Shown here piece after piece: positions 14,490-23,100 of a stretch of DNA of 43,465 bases (positions within the stretch are counted from its first letter, which is position 1; every line of letters starts with the position of its first letter). This DNA is from a virus: positions 1-43,465 of IMG/VR virus record IMGVR_UViG_3300045988_114701. One strand, given 5' to 3'. Made by a program: the position numbers and the translations under genes. The notes below the pieces were generated by a model. The model was not told where the DNA came from and made no database searches. It worked only from the letters and a program-made list of their open reading frames with translations.

Positions 14490-15976
14490 GCATCAGCGAC
14501 AGCGATTACGAAGGAAAATTCACCATCCCCACGCCCAAGGGCATCTATCAGGCGGCGGGCGACACGAACATCAACGCGGACTACGCCTACCGGGCGCAGA
14601 ACATCCGGACGGAGCGCGGGCTTCTGGCATCGGCATACGGCACGAGCCGCGCCTTTCCGTCGCTGGGGGCGCAAATCAAGACGCTGACGCGGTTTTACAG
14701 GCGGTCAAGACCGGACGACGCGGACGTATACGTCGCGGCGGCAGAGGGCGCGATTTACACCTACACGCTGGGAACAGAGGGCTGGGTCAAGCGGTCGGAG
14801 GGATACAAGAGCGACGAATGGAGCAGCGTCACCTATGAAGCGGCGGACGGCGGGGAGACGGCGGACATTCTGATTCTTTCTAACGAAAAGGACGGGATGA
14901 TTGCGGTATACGGCAACGACCTGCGGGTAGAGAAAAAGACGCTGACCATCGGAAACGCATACAGCGAAGTGAAGTTTGCCGTACTGGGGCGGCACGCAGA
15001 GCGCATATGGGGCACGGGCGCGGCGGGCTATCCGGACAGCGTATTCTACTCACGACCCTACGACCCGTTCAACTGGACGGACGTGCCGGAAACGCCCGAG
15101 CTGGGCGGCGGCGTCATCAACCAGCCGACATGGGACGGGGACGCATTCATATCGCTTGAGCCGTTCGGCGGGTATCTGCTGGCGGTCAAGGAGCGGACAA
15201 TCTTCGAGATACGCGGGACAGACCCGAGCAGCTTCACAATTACGGAGGCATACGGCACAGACGGTCCGGTAGAGGAGCGCACAATCTGCACGGACAGGAC
15301 GAGCATGCTGTACCTGTCGCAGAGCGGCATCGGCTTATACGACGGAAGCACGCTGCGGCTGCTCAGCCGGGACGCGCTGTATGAAACGATGCGGATGCGG
15401 ATGGACGGGATGGACGGCGCGGCGCGGGCGTGCATATGCGACCACGTCTACTATCTGGCGATGTGCGTCAGGGAAAGCGAAAACGAGACGCTGACGGAGA
15501 ACAACGCGGTCATCGAATACGACACGGAGCGCGGGACGTTCATGCTGAGGAAGGGCATCCGCGTCAAGGACTTTTTCGCAATAAACGGCAGGGTCTACTA
15601 CACGCAGGCGGAAAGCCCGTACGAGGTCTTGCTCTACAACGCGAGGGAGAACGAGGGAAGCTATCTGGATATGCCGATGGAGTGCATATGGGAAACGCCG
15701 TGGCTGGACTTGGGCAAGGCGTACATGAAGCGGGACTACCTGCTGCGCTTTACGGCGGACGCGGACGAAAACGACCTGCCGCTTGAAATCACGATAAAGA
15801 CCGAGAAGCGGGAAAAGACGCGGACGGTGCTTTTGCAAAGGGACAGGCGGGACTATCGGGTCAAGATTCAGATTGCGGGCGTTCGGATGAAGCTGAGGAT
15901 TCGCAGTCACGCGAAACCCGCGGGATGGCGAATCTACGGCGGGGTTCAGGTGGAATACAGTTTGGACGAGGTGTAA
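14486..15976 (+). CDS. Structural protein of unknown role (496 aa)
   Basis: ORF track; ATGA overlap with the upstream gene; within the late operon. I recognise no family. Confidence 0.6.
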   Translation: MSISDSDYEGKFTIPTPKGIYQAAGDTNINADYAYRAQNIRTERGLLASAYGTSRAFPSLGAQIKTLTRFYRRSRPDDADVYVAAAEGAIYTYTLGTEGWVKRSEGYKSDEWSSVTYEAADGGETADILILSNEKDGMIAVYGNDLRVEKKTLTIGNAYSEVKFAVLGRHAERIWGTGAAGYPDSVFYSRPYDPFNWTDVPETPELGGGVINQPTWDGDAFISLEPFGGYLLAVKERTIFEIRGTDPSSFTITEAYGTDGPVEERTICTDRTSMLYLSQSGIGLYDGSTLRLLSRDALYETMRMRMDGMDGAARACICDHVYYLAMCVRESENETLTENNAVIEYDTERGTFMLRKGIRVKDFFAINGRVYYTQAESPYEVLLYNARENEGSYLDMPMECIWETPWLDLGKAYMKRDYLLRFTADADENDLPLEITIKTEKREKTRTVLLQRDRRDYRVKIQIAGVRMKLRIRSHAKPAGWRIYGGVQVEYSLDEV

Positions 15977-15978
15977 GG

Positions 15979-16152
15979 ATGGCATTCAAGCAGCCGAGAG
16001 TGCCGCAGGAGAGCGGCAGACTGGCGGAATACGTCAGGAATCTGGGGATGTTTCTGCGCGATTTCTGCATGGCGAGCTGGAACGCGGACAGGATGAAGGA
16101 CGCGGAAATCGAGAAAATCAAAAAGCGGCTGGACGCGCTCGAAGGGAAGTGA
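15979..16152 (+). CDS. Hypothetical small protein (57 aa)
   Basis: ORF track 15925..16152. ATG 15979 lies just after the upstream TAA, with GAGGTG upstream. Confidence 0.5.
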   Translation: MAFKQPRVPQESGRLAEYVRNLGMFLRDFCMASWNADRMKDAEIEKIKKRLDALEGK

Positions 16153-16156
16153 AGAC

Positions 16157-17128
16157 ATGGCAAGAAGCAGCACGACGGAGACCTACCAAAGCTCGAACAG
16201 CACGAGCAAGGAACACAGCAAAACAGACAGCAGGCAGGACACGACCAGCCAAAGCACATCAAACAGCCGGCAGGACAGCACCAGTCAGAGCAGCTCGACC
16301 TCGCAGAGCACGAGCAAGAACGTTCTTGACAAGGAGCTGATGAACCAGATCCTTTCCGGACTGATGGGCACGATGACGGATGAGCAGATTACGCAGTTCG
16401 CGGAGAACCTGCTCAGACCGCAGCTCAACGCCGGACTGGAGGAAGCACAGCAGAACTACGAAACGACAAAACTGAGCAAGGAGCAGGAAATTGAAAACCT
16501 CGCTGCCAACCTGACGCGGAGCATTGACGAGCAGAACGCGGCATACCGCAGGAGCGCGGCGAACGTGGAGACGGCGGCATTGAACCGAGGCATGGGGCGG
16601 AGCAGCTACACCATGCAGACGCTCGCCAATCAGGGAGACGCGCTGGCAAAAGCCGTACAGCAGCTCACGGAGGACAGCGGGCGAAGAAGCCAGCAGATTC
16701 AAAACCAGATTACGCAGGCGGCACAGCAGAACAGCCGGACGCAGGGACGGCTGAACAGCGACTACGCCAGCCAGCTCGCGGCGAAGGTGCAGGAGCTGAA
16801 AGAGAACCAGCGCAAGGAATGGAACAGCAACTATCTGACGGCGATTTCCTCGGCGATGGGACAGCAGACGACGGGAAGCCAGCAGACGGCGGGCAGCCAG
16901 ACGAGCATCGGAAGCCAGCAGACGACGGGAAGCCAACAGACGCTGGGCACGAGCGAAACGACGGGCGAAAGCAGCACGGAGAGCAGCGGATCGAGCGTAT
17001 CGACGACGACGAGCAAGGGAAGCGGAAGCGCAAGCGCAAACAAAAAGACGAATGCGGCGACGACGACGGTGAACGTGCGCCAGGTGAACGGACGATACAG
17101 CCCGAGCAACACGAGCAAGATCAGGTAA
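16157..17128 (+). CDS. Ser/Thr/Gln-rich protein with a helical core (323 aa)
   Basis: ORF track. The N-terminal 55 aa are STSKEHSKTDSRQDTTSQS... and the C-terminal tail has GSQQT[TA] repeats (nt 16861-16950). The central part looks like a coiled coil. Confidence 0.65.
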   Translation: MARSSTTETYQSSNSTSKEHSKTDSRQDTTSQSTSNSRQDSTSQSSSTSQSTSKNVLDKELMNQILSGLMGTMTDEQITQFAENLLRPQLNAGLEEAQQNYETTKLSKEQEIENLAANLTRSIDEQNAAYRRSAANVETAALNRGMGRSSYTMQTLANQGDALAKAVQQLTEDSGRRSQQIQNQITQAAQQNSRTQGRLNSDYASQLAAKVQELKENQRKEWNSNYLTAISSAMGQQTTGSQQTAGSQTSIGSQQTTGSQQTLGTSETTGESSTESSGSSVSTTTSKGSGSASANKKTNAATTTVNVRQVNGRYSPSNTSKIR

Positions 17129-17140
17129 AGGAGAAAGCAG

Positions 17141-20100
17141 ATGACATGGCTTGACGACAAGCGCAAACGCGACGAGGAAGAGGCACAGCGCCAAAGAGCC
17201 GCGCAGGAAGCGGCAAGGGAGCAAAGGACGCAGGAGCAGCGGCTCAAAGCCGAAGAAAGAGCGCACAGAGCGGCGCAGGAGAGCCTGCGCCCTGCCAGCG
17301 AACAGAAGGTGAATACGGCGCCGCTTGTGGTCAACCTGGACACGCAGACCAACCAGAGCGCGGCGAGGATTGCAAGCCGAATCCCGGATGAGACGGAACG
17401 CGACGGCTTTTTGGCGGAATACATCGCCCATGTGAAAAAACAGAGCAGCCCGAACTATCAGAAATACGCGCCGACAATCGGCACGATGCGCGAACTGACG
17501 GACGCGGTTGTGACGGGCGGCGTATATGCCGACACGCGGAAGAAATACGAAAAGCAGCGGCTCAAGGAGATTGAGACGCAGAAGACCGGGAAGGCGGCGA
17601 TGGCGGAGCTGGCCGAAATGCCCTTGATGGGCTTTGACGGGCAGAACATCAACGCCAATACGGCGGACGCGGCGACGGTGATTCGCGGCATCAACTCCAT
17701 TGCGGACGACACGCTGCGCACGCGGGCGGCAAAGGCGTTTAAGACGCTGGCGCAGACCGAGGGTAGCCGATTCTACGGCGAAAACACGGACGGCGTTGGA
17801 ACATTCCTCGAAAGCGCGAACCTGACCCATGACGAATACAGGAACGCGGCGGAGGACTACGCGAGCCGATTCTACGGCGACGGAAAACACGACGAGGAAG
17901 ACGCTACTGCCTACCTTGAAGCGCGGCAGGAGATAGAGGAAAGCGCATACTCCGACTACGCAAAAAGCCAACTGACGGCGGCACTTGACAAGGCATATAC
18001 GGGAATCACGGGCGGGGAAGCGCCTTCCTCCGGCACGGATGACGCACCCGCCGAGGTGACAGACGAGGAACGCACGACCGAGAAAGAACAGAAGAAAGAG
18101 AAGAAACCGGGATTTTGGAGCGGTCTGACCGGGAAAGTGCCTGAGCAGGACGAACAGACGGAAGAAAAGACCGCAAGTCACGCGCTGGAGAAGGCGCAGA
18201 GCCAGATCGTTTCCCAAACGTTGACGGCATCGACCGCGCCGGGTTTCCCGACGACGGCCAAGGGGAAGGACGATAAGAGCGGCAAAGCACCGGAGGTGCA
18301 AGGCCCCGTTCAGATGACCCCGGAGGAGCGGATCATTGCGCAGGGCGGGATGAGCTTTGCGCAATGGCTGGCGGCAACTCCTTCCGTCAGCTCCGCGAAC
18401 GAAACGGGCGCGGGAATTCCCATGCACGAGGCGCAGACCGTCGGCGAGGCGGCGGGCGCACTGCTCAAGGGACAGTATGACCAGATCGAGGGCACGGGCA
18501 AGGATGAGCTGGATCGTATGCTGGCAGAGAGCGGGTACGCACGGCGGATGATCGGCACGCTGACGGAAGCGGATAGCAAGTTCATTCTCAGCGGAAGCGA
18601 CAGAGCCGACAGGGTGCCATACGGGAACATCGCGTCGCAGGGGCAGACGATCAAGACGCTGTATGACGTGATGAGGAGCGATTCCTTCCCGGACGAGCTG
18701 CGGGGCGACGTGATGGCGCAGATGGTCGTATGGGCTGCGCAGGCCGAAGCGATGGAGCAAACGGGGACACTGGGCGGCGACGCGGATCTGCCGCTGATGG
18801 AACGCCTGCTCACCACGGACGAACACGCGATGGACGAGCTGGAAAGCATCTACGCGGCCAGAGACGAGCTGCTAGCCGACAAAGCCGACATGCGCAGGGC
18901 GCAGGAGGAGGCGAGTGCGCAGGCACTCAGCGACGCACGCACGGCGGCACTCAAAGGAACAGCCAGTGAGGAACAGCTCGCGCTGGTGCGCCAGAACGCG
19001 CAGGTGGGGCAGGCCGAGCTGAACGCGGACATGGGCTACGTCGGGCGGCTGGCGGCGGTGGACGACTATTTCAGACCGGGCGCGGGCAAGGGCGCGGTCA
19101 GTCCGTTTGATTCAAGCAGCGTAAAGCTGAACCTCGACGCGCAGGGCGTAATCGACACGGGCGACTATCAGGCACAGCTCAGGGAACAGATGGACGCGCT
19201 GCTCGAAGAAGACACGCAGACGGCTCTTGCGCTGGGACTGACGCTGGACGAATACTACGCCAAGACGGGCGGCGTGGACATGAACGCGCTTTGCGAGCGT
19301 GCTGCCAGCCGCATCAGCCAGCAGGGCGCGGCGATCACCGATGAGGAAATGGCGGCTCTGGACGCTTCCTTTGGTCAGGGCGTGGGCGCGGGCTACATGA
19401 TCGGCGCGGGCATCCGCACGGGCGGCGAGCAGTGGTATCTGGATTTCAAGGACAGCCTGTACGCGGGCTACTCTCAAGGCATGGTGTCTCTCAACGCGGC
19501 GAGCATCCAGAACCGATACCAGAACGAATACGGTGCTTATGGTCGGACGCAGTACCGAAAGGACATCGAGAACGCGCTTAACAGCGGGACACTCGATGAG
19601 AATTACGCCGAGGCACTGAGAAAGGCACTGGTCAGCGCGGCAGACGTATACCAGCTTGGCATTGACCCGATGGATTTTGACGGGGTTTTCCTCAAAAACA
19701 GCGCGGAAATTCGCCGGGACATCGCGACGATGGAAGGATACATGCGAACGAACGCGACGGAGGATGAATTCAAGTGGTTCGGGCGCGTGAAGAGCATGAC
19801 CTACAACACGGTTTCTGCCGGTGTGGCGGCGGGAACGACGATGTTGACGGGAAGTAGTCTGCTTGGCTTTAACATGGGGTACAGCGTCGTCGGGTTCAAG
19901 AACAACTTTGACGAGTATCTGCAAAAGGGGTACAGCATCGATTCCGCCCGATATCTGGGCGCGGTGAACACGGCGCTTGACTGCGCGGTGAACATCGGCA
20001 CGTTCGAGGGCGTGTTGGGCAGGATGACGGGCATGAGCGCACTGACGGAAGCTGCGAGAAGCCAGATCATCCGTAACCCGGCGGGCGCAAGCCGAGGGCT

Positions 20101-23100
20101 GGCGGCGATTGGGGCGTTTAGCAAGGCGTTCGCCCAAAACGAATTTGACGAAGTGGTTCACGACGAATTCTTTGAAGGATTGGCGGCAAACTGGACGGAC
20201 AACGCGCTGGGCGAAATCTTCCGCAAGGTGGACGCGGGCGAGGACATCACGTTCACGGACGGTCTAAACATGTCGCTGAACCTGCTGAATCCCAAAAATC
20301 TTGATGTGATGGGCGCGGCGGAGGGCGTTGTCAGCGGCGCGGTGGAGAACGCCATCGGCGCAGTGGTGTTCTCCCTGTCCGGCGCGGTGGGAAGCGGCGT
20401 GGGTACGCTGCGCGGCGTGAAGGCGGCGCAAGACCTGATGAACGGCAAGCGGACGGACGTAGAAAACGTCATCCTGGACGTGACAAAGACGCTGGGCGAC
20501 GAGCAGGCCTGCGCACTGCTCAATGACTACGCACGGCAGCAGAAGGAAAGCAAAACCGTTGCCGAGGAAATCATCAGCGGGCGGGACGAGAGCGGAAGCG
20601 CGGCGCACGCGGCAAAAGCCAAGCAGCAAGCAGACGAGGCACGCACGCAGGCGGAAGCGGCGCAGACGGCGGCGGACAACAGCCGGGCGCAGTTCACAGA
20701 AGCGGGCGACGCGGTGATGCGCGGCGACCTGACGCAGCAGAAGGGAATGACCGAAGCACGCGTGCGCATGGGCGAAAGCCAGAAAACCGCGAACGAACAG
20801 GGCGATGTCGCCGCACGCAGAACGGACGAAATGCAGCAGGCGGCGGCTGAGCGGCTGACAGAGGCGAGACAGGCGGGCAGGAAGGCCGTCATCTCGGAGG
20901 ACGCGGCGGCGCGGGAAGCCATGCTTGACGACCGGGAAGCGCGGATGCAGGCTATTGATAACGAGATCGCACAGCTCGACGCGCAGGAGCAGGCAGCGGA
21001 GGAAGAATTCTACGCGGCGGCGCAGAGCTATACGGAAGCGGAATCCATGGGAATGGACGCGGAAACGCTTGACCAGCTCGACGCACGGATGACCGAGATC
21101 GGCGAGCGGATGGCGGCACTTTCCGACCGCCGGGAAGCACTGAAAAACCCGGAGGCCTACGAGGCACGCCGAAAGGCGGAAGCTCAGGAGCAGCAGGCAC
21201 AGGAAGAATATCAAAGGCAGCTCGAGAGGGAGCAGACACAGAGCGAGATGGACGAGATTGCCCCGGTGGTGATGGACATCCGCAACAAGCGCATCTGGCT
21301 GAACGAACAGCAGATTGCCGAGGTGCTGCACACGACGGGACTGCGGACAATCACTCAGGTGAATCGCCAATACGGCACACAGTTCCGCGTCAACCGCAAG
21401 AGCGCGGACGTTGACCTTGACAGCGGCTTTTTCCGCGAGCTGGCGGCGCAAATCCCCGGACGGATGGACGAGGAGAGCACGCACCCGGAGACGGAAATTC
21501 TGAATCTGCTGGACAGGAACGGCGTGCTGAAAGGCGAGCTGGGCGGGATGGAAGCCAGCATGGGCGCAGTTGGCGCGGAAGACTATCTGAAAGCGGACGT
21601 TTCGCGCGGCAACCTTGACCCGGTGACGCAGAAGCTCGCCAGCAACCTGAAACAGAAGACGGGGCTTGAGCTGATCGTCATGCCGCTGGCAGACAATGTT
21701 CGCGGATTCTACGACCGAGAAAACGGGCGGCTGATTCTTTCAAACCGAATCGGCGCGGGCGAGCAGATGCGACAGGTGGTCATGCACGAGCTGACGCACT
21801 ACATCGAGAGTACGAAGAATTATGAAGCCTACGAAAAGGCGGCACTGGAAGCCGCCTATCGCGGCGATACAAAGGCGATGGACAGAGACGCGGCGGAAAT
21901 CCGCAAGACCTATGAGGATGCGGGTCTCCCCTGCGACGTGAACAAGGAACTGACCGCTGCGGCGACGGAAAAGCTGATGACCTCCCTTGGCGCATGGGGC
22001 AGGACGGGCAGCGAGACGCTTGTGTATGACTTGCTTGGCGCGAAGCAGTCCTTCCCAATTCGCGTCTACAACAAGCTGACGCAGTTTTTAGCCCGACGCA
22101 AAGCCCAAAGAGCAGGCGGCGCGGAGGCAGACCACTATGCGGCACTGGTCAGGGCGCGGGATGCGCTCAGGCAGGCCATTCTTGAAGCCGGGACATGGAA
22201 AAAGGGCATGGGCGGAGAGGATGCGACCATCGAGCTATTCGGAAAGACCGCGCCCGTAGAGCGGGAGGTCACGCGAGGACAACAGACGGAGATGGAATAT
22301 GCCGTCGCCCCGCGACAATTCGGCAACCAGACGGCTCAGGACCTCGACACGCTGACAGACCGGACAAAGGATTTCCTGCGCGGAAGCCAGTACGAAACCG
22401 TGACCAACCGGGAGCAGGTGCAGCGGGCAAACGACGATATCAACGCACGCGGCATTGACGCGGTGGTGAACGACCTGCTGTCGCGGGACAGATGGACGGC
22501 AGACGACCACGCGGCGGCGGCTGTGGCGTTCATCCGTGCGGAAAACGAGGGACTGAATACAACGGCGTGGGCGATTGCCTCTGCCTATGACGAGCAGGGC
22601 ACTAATGCCGGTCAGGCATTGCAGGCAAGACAGGTCATTAAAAAGCTGACTGCTGCGGGCGCACTGGTAGAGGCGACGAAGAAAGCCGACCACGCCAACG
22701 CGAAAAAGGGACTGGTGGAAGGCGATATCCCCGTCGGCAACCAAGCACCTGTGAAGGGATGGCGCGACAGACAGCAGAGAAGCAAGGAAGGCACTGAGAC
22801 GAAACAGAACGTCAGCCCGACGGGCGAGTTCGACCCGGACAACCCGTTCAACAAAGGCAGGACTTCCGTTTTGCCGCAGGATGCGGTGTCAGGCGCGGGC
22901 GGCTCGGCGGGCGACGCGGTGCAGGGCAGTTTCGTTGAAAAAACGCTGCCGCCGGTACTCGAAAAGGTCTACACTGCGGCGGAGCTGATTCAGCGTCAGA
23001 TCGACAAGCTGCCTTCCGACGTGAGCTATGACAACCCGTGGAACGTGCCGCTTGAAGGCTGGAAGATGGAACTCATCGACCAATACAGACTAGGCGGAAT

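Noticed and set aside
16259-18826. 855-aa minus-strand ORF, and similar long antisense ORFs at 19112-20161, 20264-21484, 24119-25606, 26156-27160, 27285-28217 and 38851-40146
   Set aside because: All are antisense to well-supported plus-strand genes. They are rich in Arg/Ala/Pro/Ser/Cys and have no start context. I treat them as compositional artefacts.
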